Of a stretch of 53,747 nucleotides of DNA, positions 35,317 through 46,301 are shown in pieces; position 1 is the stretch's first letter; the number at the start of each line of letters is the position of its first letter. Position numbers and translations under genes: made by a program. Under the pieces are notes generated by a model. It did no database searches, had not been told where the DNA came from, and saw only the letters and a list, made by a program, of their open reading frames with translations. The stretch spans positions 1 to 53,747 of IMG/VR virus record IMGVR_UViG_3300028392_000082; one strand, written 5' to 3'. This DNA is from a virus (lineage: Duplodnaviria; Caudoviricetes).

Positions 35317-35946
35317 CTACGAAGTGGGTCTTGCAAATTTAGCGTACTCACCACCTATGAACTCTACCAATCCTATGAACTTAACATTAGCCGCTTCTAT
35401 TAATCTTTTGTTTGTATCTATAATTCCCTCTCGTATATCGTACTGGGAATATCTTTTTGTGTTTAAATTTCCGGTTAACTTCCAAAATATGTCTTCCACC
35501 AAATAGAAAGACACATCGTAAGAAACAGTTCCATTCACAAAGTCATCGTATTCTTGAGGAGATATTTCTGTAACGAATCCTTTACTGTTTATCTTTTTAA
35601 TGAAGTATCTTATAATATAACCTTTATCGTAATCAGATTGTGTAGGTTTTGGAAAATAAGAAAGTGGTTCTTTTCCAGTGTGTTTAGTAAGATTAGTTTG
35701 TCTAGCCAATAAATCTTTTAATTCTGGAGATAGTATTTGTTCTGCTAAGTAAGTAGAATTTTTTGCGTAAGAAGCTATCGGTACTAACTCTTCGCTTGGT
35801 CCGACAATTGGATCTGCTCCGCTGTATACTTTGTTATCGTAAGTAGCATAGTAATCTCCTTTGTAAGGAATACCATTTAAAGCGTATTCATTTCCGGTAG
35901 TTTTTAAATTCGTCTTGACCTTGAATGATGGATAATATTTTATCAT
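35317..35946 (-). CDS. Hypothetical protein in the baseplate region
   Basis: 209 aa ORF coupled to the hub gene. Confidence 0.7.
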   Translation of the reverse strand: MIKYYPSFKVKTNLKTTGNEYALNGIPYKGDYYATYDNKVYSGADPIVGPSEELVPIASYAKNSTYLAEQILSPELKDLLARQTNLTKHTGKEPLSYFPKPTQSDYDKGYIIRYFIKKINSKGFVTEISPQEYDDFVNGTVSYDVSFYLVEDIFWKLTGNLNTKRYSQYDIREGIIDTNKRLIEAANVKFIGLVEFIGGEYAKFARPTS

Positions 35947-38900
35947 AGTAATTTACCTGTTGAATCTAAGTAAGTAGATAATACACCGTCTTTTAAAGCA
36001 ATGTGTAAGTGAGTATCCCATGCATAATCTGGTCTTGGAGGCCGGCCTACGTAACCCAATAAATCTCCTTTTTTAACTGATTGACCATCTTTGGCTACAA
36101 CGCTATCTAAGTGAGTATACCATGAATTTGTTTTAGAGCCATTCAATGTGAATCTATATCCCCAAATATATGGAACCACTTCGTAGAAGTTTATGCCTGA
36201 TATAGTTCCATCAAATAATGCATATACTGGAGTATAAGCAGGTACAAATAGATCCCACGCATTTTCACTTTGCCATTGACCTTTTTGAGAAGCGTCTCTA
36301 GCTCCATGCGCTTTTTGAGATACGGAATCTCCAAAACTTTTACTAGTTCCAAAAAGATATGCAGATGTAGAAGTAGCATTATTCGTGGCGTTTCCAGTTC
36401 CTCTTGCAGATTTAGATCCTTTAGAACTAGAAGTACCAGTTCCTCCTATGATATCTATTGCGTCTCCTGCACCCGGTACCGCAACTCCACCTTTGTCTTG
36501 ACTCTTATTGAGCTCTCCATTAAAATCAGATCTATTTTTTAAATAGATCATGCTACCTTTTATAGAAGTGGTCCATTGATTATTTTCTATAATATGGTTT
36601 ATTCCAGTAGTTATAAATCCAACTTTGTGTAAAGCGTCTAGTTCCTGTTTTCCGTTCTTATCAACTTTTACAGCTCTTGCGCTATATGTGTAAGGAAGTA
36701 GCTGCTGTGGTATTGTGAATCCTTGAGTAATTCCAAATCCAGATATTCCGTCTGTAGAAAAATTAACAGATACTGGAATCATTGCTGCTGCGCGAGTAGG
36801 AAAACTTTCATTCTTATTAGTAGCCATTCTTTGAATAAAATAGTTAGTAGCGTGATTTACATTTTCGGTAGACGGTTTGTCTGTACCGTAAAACTGTTCT
36901 ACGTTGCTATTGAATTTTATTGCAGATTCTTTTTCTGTATCGTTGTTTGCAGGAGTTTTTTCGTCAGTTAATCCAGTTCGGTTATTTATGTATCTATCGT
37001 AATAAAAATTATTTATAGCTCCTACAGGACTTGCGTCTACTGAATTTGAAGCTTGTTTTTTCTGATCAGCATTTGCAGATATGGCCAAAAGATTATTTAC
37101 TCTTGTTGATAGATCAGTTTTTAATTCTAAAGTTTTTGCTATAGATGCGACGCCATACAAAGGTAAATCTGTAGTTCCTGTTTTACTAATTAAAGTTTCG
37201 TTAGTCTTACCTGGCACCAATTGATCGTCTACTACTTGTAAAGTGTTTGCTGAATCGTCGTAATACAATCTAAATGCATTAAAACTACCTAAAGTTTTAT
37301 TCATATCGCTTAATATTTGATCTATTAAAGCTTTTAAATATAAACTATTAGAAGCGTCTTGAGAAAGATACTGTTTTATTATACCAAATAAATAATCAAT
37401 ACTTACCAATACATTCATAACTTTACCTCTATGCGCATCTGTTGAATCTCCACTGTTTGTAAATTTAAACTTAGGAATTTTATTCAAGAAAATGTCTTTA
37501 GAAGAAGCTGGATTAAATAGCTTGGTTACCGCTTTATTTTCTTTTGTTGCCAAAATTTCGTTACTAGAGTTTAATACAGCGGGATTAAACAATTTAACGT
37601 AATCTGAAAATTGACCCTCGAATGGAATTAGGAAAGATAATCCGTCAACAGATAATTGACTTGGATTACTCAAACAGAAGTTTGTTTCTGGATTGAAATC
37701 CAAATACATTATGGGTGTGGTGCTTGTGTTATCTGTAGCGCCAATCTTTTTATCGTAAAGTAAACAAGTATCATTAAGAATCATTAATAACAAACCAAAT
37801 TGTATATAGACAGGATGATTTAGCTGACTGCCGTCTTGTAAATTTTGATTTATTTTATAAGGAACTACATAAGATGTTAGTAATTCTTTATAGTTTACTG
37901 GAGGCAACATGTCTACTGATTCTCTACCAGCCAATAAAGAAGCGTTAAATCCGTACTTCGCAAATCTTTGTATGGTAACAGAAGCGTCTATTTTATCGTC
38001 TATTAAGTTTTGTATAAACGATTTGAATATTCCTGCGCTAAAAATTTGAGATGCTAAACTAGTCGTTAAATCTACTTTTTGTGGAACCAATCCAATATCC
38101 AATGCATTGTTAGCTTTTTTAATAGCGTCTACAAGAGAGTACACTTGTATTGTTCTTAGAATACACTCCAAAGAAGATTGCGTATTTGAAGAAGGCGATG
38201 TTTGAGATGGATCTGAACCTTGCGCGGGCTTAGAATCTGCCGTAGTAGTTTCTGCATTTGTATTTTGACTGTTTATGTTTTTAAGATAATCAAAATATTG
38301 AGCTGTAATTTCTAATTTTCTATTTGCTAATATTTTATCTATTAAAGCGCTATCTGTTATTTTAACGTATACTGGTAAAGTGGTAGTACCATCAGATTTG
38401 TCTACGCTATCTACTAAAGTGCCGCCCACGTTTTTAGTTCCGTCTTTACTTGTAGTAGTGGGTATTGTAAGATTGTAATGTAAAGTCAAATAATATCCGC
38501 TAAGGCCGATATCAGTACGATTAGCTCTATCATAACTAGGGCTTGATTCTCCGTTAATTATTTGAGTTATTTTATATGATCCTCCAACCCAACCATCCGG
38601 TGATTTTCTGTCGTCAGGTAATAATTGACTCTGTCTAGTATTTAAAACCACTTTTTTACTGCTGTCTAAAAGCATTTTATAAGAGCCGTAGTTAATTTCT
38701 CCAGTAGTTAAAAATTCAAATACATGCTTTGCTATGTTACTTTTTGAATCATTGTTATACTTAACTCCATTATTTTGAGAGAAGTCTATTTTAATTTCAA
38801 AAGTTTGAGGGTATAGACCTGTTTTATATTTGTCTGATGCGTAGTAACTATTCTTAGAAAAATATAATTGGCCATACTGTAAAAAAGTATCGCCAAATCT

Positions 38901-40208
38901 TGCCATATCGGAAACTAATTGATCAGGCGATTGATTAGAAAAAACGTTATTTTTTATGTAATCATAATTTAGAGTAATGCTATCTATATCATCATTAATT
39001 GTGTTTTTATTAAAAGCTAGTCCGTATTTTTTTAAGTAGATTGCATCGTCAGTAGCGTAATCATATTTTTTCCAGTCAGCGTAACTTTCTGCTGAGGTAG
39101 AATTGGTTTTTAAATCACTAGGAGAAACAGCATATTTTGCAAATGTGCTATTCGATATAGTATCACCCCATGCTTCGCTTGCTTTAGAAGACGCATTTTT
39201 TGGATCTAAATCAGCAATTAAACTATCATAATTTAATAATTTCTTTTTAGCCTCGTCTTCTTTAGCCTTTATTTCGCTATCTTTTTTAGCCTGCTCTGCT
39301 TTTACGGTAGCTTCCTTTACTGCTTCAATCTTTTTATAGATATTATTTAAGTCGTTGACTTGTTGTTGTAATATATCTGGAAGATTTAAAGGGTGGTTAA
39401 TCTTAATACTTTCTGCTAGCGTTCCTAAACCTGCCATTTTCAAAGTACAATCGTATCCGCCGTCTTGATTGTAAGAAAAACTAAAGTTGACTACCATGCC
39501 CAGCATGCCGTCGTAGTTACCTTCTGATTCTCTTCTTTTTTCGCCAATGTGTAATTGAATTTGTTCTTTTACAAGTCCATTAGAAAATGGATCTAAAGAA
39601 AATAATTCTGTAGAAGATAATGCACCATCTCCAGTTAAAGTAGTTGGATAGTAATATGTGTTACCCCATTCTAAGTACATTGTAAAACCTAATTTGAAAT
39701 ACAAAGCGTCCATTACGTCCAACTGATCTTTGTCCCAAACTTTGAATTCTATTGTGGCCATTCTTATAGATCCCAATTTACCTTGAGTTTCAATACTAAC
39801 TCTTGTTAAACCTGGCATTGGGCGATATCCGTACTTATTTACTTCTTTTTCTCCCAACATAGAGTAGGTCTCTTTGAAACCTTGTCTTGGCGTATAAGAA
39901 GTTGCGCCGTTTTGAATTTTTGTGTATACTGAAGTTCCTCCTTGTAACACGAAATCTTTTGCTAAAGAGTCAGGATTTGACAAAGGATAACCAATAAGAT
40001 CAGAGAAGTAACGTATATCTTCTTGTGCCTCTAAATTAACAGAAGACACTAACCTTACCCATGCAGTTTTGTTAGAAAGATACTCCAAATTTGCATTGTC
40101 TCTTTGGAGTTGGAGTCCTTTAGCACTTCTAGTTTGCAATTGTTTAAGTAACCAATTAGGGATAGCAGTGCCTATTATATTGGATATCTTATTATCAGAA
40201 CCTGCCAT
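35943..40208 (-). CDS. Baseplate hub / tail-associated lysin with C-terminal M23 peptidase
   Basis: AH...AWDL, YTHLD, VKKGDLLGYVG and HLH M23 motifs; N-terminal RPMPG and LEWG hub motifs. Confidence 0.8.
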   Translation of the reverse strand: MAGSDNKISNIIGTAIPNWLLKQLQTRSAKGLQLQRDNANLEYLSNKTAWVRLVSSVNLEAQEDIRYFSDLIGYPLSNPDSLAKDFVLQGGTSVYTKIQNGATSYTPRQGFKETYSMLGEKEVNKYGYRPMPGLTRVSIETQGKLGSIRMATIEFKVWDKDQLDVMDALYFKLGFTMYLEWGNTYYYPTTLTGDGALSSTELFSLDPFSNGLVKEQIQLHIGEKRRESEGNYDGMLGMVVNFSFSYNQDGGYDCTLKMAGLGTLAESIKINHPLNLPDILQQQVNDLNNIYKKIEAVKEATVKAEQAKKDSEIKAKEDEAKKKLLNYDSLIADLDPKNASSKASEAWGDTISNSTFAKYAVSPSDLKTNSTSAESYADWKKYDYATDDAIYLKKYGLAFNKNTINDDIDSITLNYDYIKNNVFSNQSPDQLVSDMARFGDTFLQYGQLYFSKNSYYASDKYKTGLYPQTFEIKIDFSQNNGVKYNNDSKSNIAKHVFEFLTTGEINYGSYKMLLDSSKKVVLNTRQSQLLPDDRKSPDGWVGGSYKITQIINGESSPSYDRANRTDIGLSGYYLTLHYNLTIPTTTSKDGTKNVGGTLVDSVDKSDGTTTLPVYVKITDSALIDKILANRKLEITAQYFDYLKNINSQNTNAETTTADSKPAQGSDPSQTSPSSNTQSSLECILRTIQVYSLVDAIKKANNALDIGLVPQKVDLTTSLASQIFSAGIFKSFIQNLIDDKIDASVTIQRFAKYGFNASLLAGRESVDMLPPVNYKELLTSYVVPYKINQNLQDGSQLNHPVYIQFGLLLMILNDTCLLYDKKIGATDNTSTTPIMYLDFNPETNFCLSNPSQLSVDGLSFLIPFEGQFSDYVKLFNPAVLNSSNEILATKENKAVTKLFNPASSKDIFLNKIPKFKFTNSGDSTDAHRGKVMNVLVSIDYLFGIIKQYLSQDASNSLYLKALIDQILSDMNKTLGSFNAFRLYYDDSANTLQVVDDQLVPGKTNETLISKTGTTDLPLYGVASIAKTLELKTDLSTRVNNLLAISANADQKKQASNSVDASPVGAINNFYYDRYINNRTGLTDEKTPANNDTEKESAIKFNSNVEQFYGTDKPSTENVNHATNYFIQRMATNKNESFPTRAAAMIPVSVNFSTDGISGFGITQGFTIPQQLLPYTYSARAVKVDKNGKQELDALHKVGFITTGINHIIENNQWTTSIKGSMIYLKNRSDFNGELNKSQDKGGVAVPGAGDAIDIIGGTGTSSSKGSKSARGTGNATNNATSTSAYLFGTSKSFGDSVSQKAHGARDASQKGQWQSENAWDLFVPAYTPVYALFDGTISGINFYEVVPYIWGYRFTLNGSKTNSWYTHLDSVVAKDGQSVKKGDLLGYVGRPPRPDYAWDTHLHIALKDGVLSTYLDSTGKLL

Positions 40209-40209
40209 A

Positions 40210-40518
40210 TTATCTTTTTGAGTTTACTATCTTGTATTGATTAATTACCGATTGAACGTCATTGGGAATTCTTAGTTGCATTCCAACGGGTGGATACAAA
40301 GAATCTCCTGGTAATGCATTTGCTGAAGCTATGATCCACCATAAGGTAACGTCTCCATAAAAATCGTTTGCTAATAGATCTAGTCTATCTCCAAGAGTGC
40401 TTATTACGTAAGTATCATTTTCAGTCACAGCGATGTCTGGATATACATTATTTACATAGTATTGACTACCTGTTGCATTGTATTTAATTACGTTTATATT
40501 TTGGTATCTGTAAGGCAT
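40210..40518 (-). CDS. LysM / tail protein X-like baseplate protein
   Basis: GDRLDLLANDFYGD..LWWIIASAN...LRIP. Confidence 0.85.
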   Translation of the reverse strand: MPYRYQNINVIKYNATGSQYYVNNVYPDIAVTENDTYVISTLGDRLDLLANDFYGDVTLWWIIASANALPGDSLYPPVGMQLRIPNDVQSVINQYKIVNSKR

Positions 40519-40528
40519 TTTTTATTTA

Positions 40529-42358
40529 TTATCCAGTTTGAGGAACGTAATCGAAGTCTATTGGTTCTTGTATAATTGGAGGATTTTTTAACGACTCTCG
40601 TAATTGCTGAGTATTGAAATCTAATAAAGCTTGGTATACTTTATTCTCTTCGTTTATTTTTGTTTGAGCAGTATTAATATCTTCTTGTCTTTGTTGTTCT
40701 ATTTTTTGAGTAATAGAAGTATAATTAGTCGCATTTTGTACAACATTATTATTTGCTATCAATGCTGGCACTTCAGTTTCTGTTCTTCTTCTTGGTAAAA
40801 TATCCATAATTGGTTTGAACGATATGCTTACTTCAACTAGATGTGGTAGTTGAGGTTTATTTTCTGCAGCCACATCGTTTATTTCCCAAGTCGCTTGACC
40901 ATCTATAGAGACATTTACGCTTTCTAAAAATCCTGGGGTTCTGTATATGTAATCGCCTATTGTTAATCTAACTATAGGCGCTCTCATAATTGAGGTAGTT
41001 GGACTATAATCAGGATAAACTTGACTGATTAGATCGTTTAATTTTTGATACAACGGCTTTAATTCAGCTGATGATTGTGAAAATATTTTAAAACTAAAAG
41101 ATATTGATCTATCGAATCCTTGATAAGTTCTAAAATTTTCTCCTCTACCCAAATATTTGAAAGAGTTTAATTCAGCTGAGTGATTGTCTGTTATGCTTCC
41201 TAAAAATGCTCTAAATACTAGCGCTTGAGATCTACTAGGATTATCGTTTGAAATTGCTTCGAATGCAAATTTAATGATATCTTTATTTTCTGTAGCATTG
41301 TCCCATGGTGATGTGCTATTATTAAAAAATTTTGCTGCTGACGCATTTAATTTATCGACACCATTTAAATTGCCTTTTAAAAATTTTACTATGTATCCAG
41401 GATTTCCCGTATTTAATTTATTCTCTATGCTATCTGTGGTGTAATTCCAAGCTCTTGATTTTTGTGCTGTATTAGTCACATCCAATCTAAAGTCAGAAAT
41501 AACAGGAACTCCAAATTTTGTAGCTTTTCTATTCGGATCCATTAATTTATCGTAAGTCAATGTAAATTGATTCGATAATTTTGTAGAATCAACAAATCTT
41601 CTAATAACTGTTTTTCCAGTTCCGTATGTAGAACCAGGCCCTTGTAAGTAATCGAATAAAATATTTCTATTTAAAGAGAAGCCTAAATCGTTGTATAAAG
41701 TTACATCTGCTAGTGCTGAATTCGTTAAAGTAGAAACCATTTTAGTTTTGTAAAAAGCCACCAATCTATTCGTCTTTCCGTTATTGCTTGGTAGTGCTTG
41801 TGCTCCTACAGTATCTGCGTAGAATTTTTGGCCTGGTTGGAACGCGTTTAATCCGGCTCTATTTCCATGGGTGCCTGTACCCGCTGTTGCCACAGAATAC
41901 AAAGTATTTGCGCCGGTTGCATTATATACCCACGTATTTGGAACAGTGCCAGTATAAATCTGGTCAGCTAGGTTGTCTCTTGTTTGATAAGTATATTGAG
42001 TCTCTATTCTTGGATTAGACTTCTGTAATAAGACCTGCTTTGTTAAGAACGCTTTACCTCTTGGATCGTCTTTTAAAAATTTAGAAATTCTTAGTGCGTC
42101 TACTTGTGCTGCCGGACTCAAGTATTGTTGACCTGTAATTGATGCAGCAGAACCGCCTCTTATCGGAAAATCCAAAGAGGTTCTGTTTGTATTGTAATAG
42201 TCTCTAATAGACTGCGCAACGTTTTGATCGTCGATAGGAAATTTAACATAAGGTTGATCTGAACTTCCACCGCCCGGTCTGTCCATTCCGTACTTTAAGG
42301 TTTTAAAGTCGGTTTTTATTTCAAATAGCTCTTTCTGTCTTATGTTTCTTACTGGCAT
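40529..42358 (-). CDS. Baseplate / tail-tube initiator-like protein
   Basis: FRAFL, YLGRGENF.TYQGFDRSISFSF, PIVRLTIGD; position after tape measure. Confidence 0.7.
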   Translation of the reverse strand: MPVRNIRQKELFEIKTDFKTLKYGMDRPGGGSSDQPYVKFPIDDQNVAQSIRDYYNTNRTSLDFPIRGGSAASITGQQYLSPAAQVDALRISKFLKDDPRGKAFLTKQVLLQKSNPRIETQYTYQTRDNLADQIYTGTVPNTWVYNATGANTLYSVATAGTGTHGNRAGLNAFQPGQKFYADTVGAQALPSNNGKTNRLVAFYKTKMVSTLTNSALADVTLYNDLGFSLNRNILFDYLQGPGSTYGTGKTVIRRFVDSTKLSNQFTLTYDKLMDPNRKATKFGVPVISDFRLDVTNTAQKSRAWNYTTDSIENKLNTGNPGYIVKFLKGNLNGVDKLNASAAKFFNNSTSPWDNATENKDIIKFAFEAISNDNPSRSQALVFRAFLGSITDNHSAELNSFKYLGRGENFRTYQGFDRSISFSFKIFSQSSAELKPLYQKLNDLISQVYPDYSPTTSIMRAPIVRLTIGDYIYRTPGFLESVNVSIDGQATWEINDVAAENKPQLPHLVEVSISFKPIMDILPRRRTETEVPALIANNNVVQNATNYTSITQKIEQQRQEDINTAQTKINEENKVYQALLDFNTQQLRESLKNPPIIQEPIDFDYVPQTG

Positions 42359-42366
42359 GGTTTCTT

Positions 42367-45135
42367 TTATGTAAATAGATTGCCTCTATCGAATTTTGAA
42401 TATTGATTATTTTCGAAACTATTCAATATTAAAGCGCCGACTTTAGTATCTCCCAAGAAAATTGGAGCTGCAGCGATTTGTATCTTATCGTTTGTTCCGC
42501 CTCTTCTATTCATCTGCTCTAGTAATTCGTTTGTTCTTTTTGTATTTTCTCCCATTTCTTTAACGTATTGGGCAGAATTCTTACCAAAATAAAATTCTCC
42601 TTTATCTATCACAGCGTTTCCAGATTCTTGAACTACTCCACCGTCTGCAGCTTTTGGTTTAGATAGTTGTCCTAAATTAGAACTTCTAATAGTACTTCCA
42701 AAATCTTTTAATTGATCTCCGTAATCCTCTCTAATTTTGCTATCTCCAATCAAGAATATATTTGCTATTTTTGAAATAGCATTTACCATAGATCCTGCAA
42801 CGTCTAATACTTGAGCAAAGAAATCTTTAACGCCGTTTACCATACCCATAATATTTTCAGGTTTAGACATCCAATTAATTGCTTTGTCTATAAACTGAGA
42901 TACTCCTGAATTTGATACTAAATCTACGAAACCTTGTTTAATTTTATCTATTAAAGCCGCAAGTTTTTCTTGAGCAGATCCATTAGCTAAAGCTTGATAC
43001 TCTTGTTTTTCTTGTTCGGTAGTAATAGCCGCCATTGTTGTGAAAGTCTTCTTGGCTAATTCGTATTTTTTTTCTGCGCTATCTGTATCTTTTGCTCCAA
43101 TCTTAGCTAAGAATTCTTGCTTCTTTAACATTTCACCCATAGAATCTCTAGTCATACCAAAAGCACTAGCCATACTTTCTGCAGCAATTCTATTTAGCTT
43201 TAAGAAATCTCCTGCGCTACCTACTTGATCAGTAATTTCTTTCGCTGCACCGGCTAAATCGTTATTTAAGAAAGCCTCTCTTGCTTTGGATAAATTAATA
43301 TCTTTACCTGTCAACAATTGTGCTTCCATCTCTTTTGAAATACTCGATTCAAAATCCAAGAAAGAATCAGCCATTCCGTCCAATTGTTTTAACTCAAGGC
43401 CCATTGCTTTTGTTTGCAATAACGCCTTTGTTAATTTTTCTGGATACTTAGCAAAACTTAAACCTAAATAACCGCCTAAATTACTAACATCTTTTAATAC
43501 CGCTTTGTAGTCTTGAGTTGCTAAACCTGCTTTTTTAAGATTCGCGACTTGCGCTATAATATTTCCAACAATATTTTCTGATTCTTTTCCTGTTATTGTA
43601 GAAGCTTCTGCAATTCTAGCTTGAGTTTCTGCGTCTACTCCAAGAACTTGATTTAATCTAATATTAGTAGCAAGAATTTCATTAGATAAAATAGCTGTAG
43701 TTCCTAAAGTTTTGCTTAAACCAATTTGAGCTTCGTACAATTTTTTAGAATTTACGAAAGCATCGTTTGTATTATTTGCAAAATCGCTAAATTGATTTGC
43801 TAATTTTTGAGATTCGTCAGCGCTTAAACCGAGTTCGCGTCCCATTTTAACAAACTGAGAATTTGCATTAACAGCAAAATCAAAGAATGTCGCCATCATA
43901 TCGACCAATCCTCCCAATAATCCGCCAACTAAAGGAATCTTTTCTAAGAATCCGCTAATTGGTTTTACTAAATTTTGAATAGGTCCGTCCGCTAATTCTC
44001 CTCCGATAGATTTCATTCCACTGGACAACATCTTAGTGGCTCCAGAAAACACATTCATTAAAGAGCTCCCAATCTTTCCTGCTATTAGCGCTAAAACTGC
44101 TGGATCTTTTAGAGAATTTAAAGCTCCTGTAAACATTGCGCTTAATCCGGATCCAAATACTTTAAAATTTGTAAGTAATTGACCAGGCGCGGCTTTTAAA
44201 TTATTGACAACGTTTTTGAATCCATTTCCTAAAGCTGCAGGAGCATTTTTAATTCCTTGCATAAAAGATTGAGTTCCATCTTTTAATTTATCAGAAATAC
44301 TTTTCGATTTAGGTATATCAAAAAGAGGAATAGGTTTTTTGCCTTGCTCTTCTCTTTGTATATTAATCGCTTGAATTCTCTTATTTCTCTGTATTAATTC
44401 TTCTTTCTGAGCGTTTAGTTCGTTTTGTGCTTGAATTTTTCTGGCTTTATCTACCATCGCTTCGTAAATAGAATCTCCTAAACCTAATTTTTTAGAAAAA
44501 TTCTCCATTGCAATACCAGAAAGACCTATAGAATTTTTAATTTCTCTTTCTTTAGATAACTGTTGCTCTAATTCTTTTGTCGTAGCCGTAAGCACTTGTT
44601 TGCTCTTTACTCTAGCAATGTATTCTCCTTGAAGTGGAGTTAATTCTTGAGATTCGCTATCTATTCTAGCCTCTATTAAATTTAAGGACTGTTTTAAAGA
44701 CTCTATTCTAGTTCTATCACCTTTTGCGCCAGCTTCTCTTAATTGACTTTCTATTTTGTCTTTATCACTTAATAAGCCTAAATACTCTTGAGCTCCATTT
44801 AATTGTTGCTGTCCAGCAATTTTTAACTTAATCTCTGTTTCTAATATCTTAGAAGCTTGAATAAACTCTTGAGATCTTGTCTTATTAATGTCTTGCTGAA
44901 TTCTTTTGATATCCAGACTGGAAGTTCTGAATCCATCTATAGAAGATCTTACTTTATTATAGCCAGTAAGTAATTTACCCAATTCCCTAACCTGATCTTT
45001 GATAATGTCATTAAAGTCATTACCATCCCTTAATATCTGTTTTAACGAGTCCCTTAAGTCTTTAGCTGAATCTGCTGCTTTAGCAGATTGCGATGCGTCC
45101 ATACCGGGACCTGAAGGGTTATTAGGATCTGACAT
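42367..45135 (-). CDS. Tail tape measure protein
   Basis: 922 aa, helical/coiled-coil; follows tail chaperone genes. Confidence 0.8.
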   Translation of the reverse strand: MSDPNNPSGPGMDASQSAKAADSAKDLRDSLKQILRDGNDFNDIIKDQVRELGKLLTGYNKVRSSIDGFRTSSLDIKRIQQDINKTRSQEFIQASKILETEIKLKIAGQQQLNGAQEYLGLLSDKDKIESQLREAGAKGDRTRIESLKQSLNLIEARIDSESQELTPLQGEYIARVKSKQVLTATTKELEQQLSKEREIKNSIGLSGIAMENFSKKLGLGDSIYEAMVDKARKIQAQNELNAQKEELIQRNKRIQAINIQREEQGKKPIPLFDIPKSKSISDKLKDGTQSFMQGIKNAPAALGNGFKNVVNNLKAAPGQLLTNFKVFGSGLSAMFTGALNSLKDPAVLALIAGKIGSSLMNVFSGATKMLSSGMKSIGGELADGPIQNLVKPISGFLEKIPLVGGLLGGLVDMMATFFDFAVNANSQFVKMGRELGLSADESQKLANQFSDFANNTNDAFVNSKKLYEAQIGLSKTLGTTAILSNEILATNIRLNQVLGVDAETQARIAEASTITGKESENIVGNIIAQVANLKKAGLATQDYKAVLKDVSNLGGYLGLSFAKYPEKLTKALLQTKAMGLELKQLDGMADSFLDFESSISKEMEAQLLTGKDINLSKAREAFLNNDLAGAAKEITDQVGSAGDFLKLNRIAAESMASAFGMTRDSMGEMLKKQEFLAKIGAKDTDSAEKKYELAKKTFTTMAAITTEQEKQEYQALANGSAQEKLAALIDKIKQGFVDLVSNSGVSQFIDKAINWMSKPENIMGMVNGVKDFFAQVLDVAGSMVNAISKIANIFLIGDSKIREDYGDQLKDFGSTIRSSNLGQLSKPKAADGGVVQESGNAVIDKGEFYFGKNSAQYVKEMGENTKRTNELLEQMNRRGGTNDKIQIAAAPIFLGDTKVGALILNSFENNQYSKFDRGNLFT

Positions 45136-45161
45136 ATTGATTGTTAACTAAAAATAAATAT

Positions 45162-45422
45162 TTAAGCCTTTGGTTTTACCTTAGATACAAACGTGGGCTT
45201 GTCTTCAGACTTTGGCTTGGCAAACTCTGGTATGACTACTTTTGAATTATCTGTCTTGTTTGTGAGGACTTTATCGTTATCTTCTTGCATTTGACGCTGC
45301 CTTTCTAAGTGTTCGTTGATCTTTTTAATATTGAAACGACGCTTAGGTACATCCATCTGCCAAACTTCAGTGTAAGTAAAACCTCCACCACCGTGATATA
45401 CGAGGTCAAAAACCTCGGTCAT
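45162..45422 (-). CDS. Tail assembly chaperone, second ORF (probable frameshift extension)
   Basis: Sits between the gp26-like and tape measure genes; +1 frame is open upstream across a slippery site. Confidence 0.7.
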   Translation of the reverse strand: MTEVFDLVYHGGGGFTYTEVWQMDVPKRRFNIKKINEHLERQRQMQEDNDKVLTNKTDNSKVVIPEFAKPKSEDKPTFVSKVKPKA

Positions 45423-45432
45423 GAATACTGAC

Positions 45433-46200
45433 CTATATTCCGCTCCCGGGAAAAAAGAATTCCGCCGTCATTGGCATGTCAGATGTGACCTCCTCTCCAC
45501 CTTTTGTAGTGAAAGTGATCTGACTATCGATGTCCGGAGTCATAGAATCTATATAACGTCTTAACGGCATAGAATCTATTGAAAGTAGGGCACCGCTGTC
45601 GATGAACTCTCTGATGGTCTTTGTTGAATAATCTCCGTTAACCGAAGTAATTTGATGCTTTAATTTGGTAGTCAACAAACCTGGTGCTGCGTCTCCCAAA
45701 TTCTTTTTCAAGCCTTTTACCTCTTCGTCGATCTTCTTGTCGTCTGAGATTGTAAGTAATTTGAATGTAATAACGTTCTTAGTGCTTGGCAATTCGAAAG
45801 AGTACTCGTTCTTTTCGTTCAATGCACTAACGTCTACGTTTTTGTATCCAACTGACTGTAAGTTACCAACAACCGTCTCAACTTCTCCTGTGGCAGGATT
45901 GTAGTAGTCAAAAGAGTAGTCTTTACCGTAAGCCAATATACGAGCGGCTATAAGAAGCGCATTGCGATCGCCCAGAAGCAGATCCTCATACTTTATTGGA
46001 GTTTTAATAAGAGATTTAAGCATGTTCTCAATAGCTAGACCCTGACGTAACAGGTTAGCATTGGTGAGAATGTCTTCCTCTCTAGCGGTCATGTATTTTA
46101 ACTCAATTTGACCTGACGATGCAGGATTTTCTTTTGGGTAGATCAAGCCTTTTGAAGGAAGATCTATCATTTCGGTAGGAACCTGAAACTTTTCTGCCAT
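45433..46200 (-). CDS. T4 gp26-like baseplate hub / tail assembly chaperone
   Basis: LPSKG..YP, MTAREEDIL, GDRNALLIAARILAYG..Y, FFFP. Confidence 0.8.
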   Translation of the reverse strand: MAEKFQVPTEMIDLPSKGLIYPKENPASSGQIELKYMTAREEDILTNANLLRQGLAIENMLKSLIKTPIKYEDLLLGDRNALLIAARILAYGKDYSFDYYNPATGEVETVVGNLQSVGYKNVDVSALNEKNEYSFELPSTKNVITFKLLTISDDKKIDEEVKGLKKNLGDAAPGLLTTKLKHQITSVNGDYSTKTIREFIDSGALLSIDSMPLRRYIDSMTPDIDSQITFTTKGGEEVTSDMPMTAEFFFPGSGI

Positions 46201-46249
46201 AAACTATGTATTTTATTTATAAATATACCCCATTAAAATTTCCGGGAAC

Positions 46250-46277
46250 AAAAAAAGACCGCAGTGAAGCGGCCTTT
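46250..46277 (-). terminator. Intrinsic terminator after tail tube gene
   Basis: AAAGGCCGC-TTCACT-GCGGTCTTT plus U-run. Confidence 0.8.
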
Positions 46278-46301
46278 CTTATATTGTATGTTATTAGTAT
46301 A

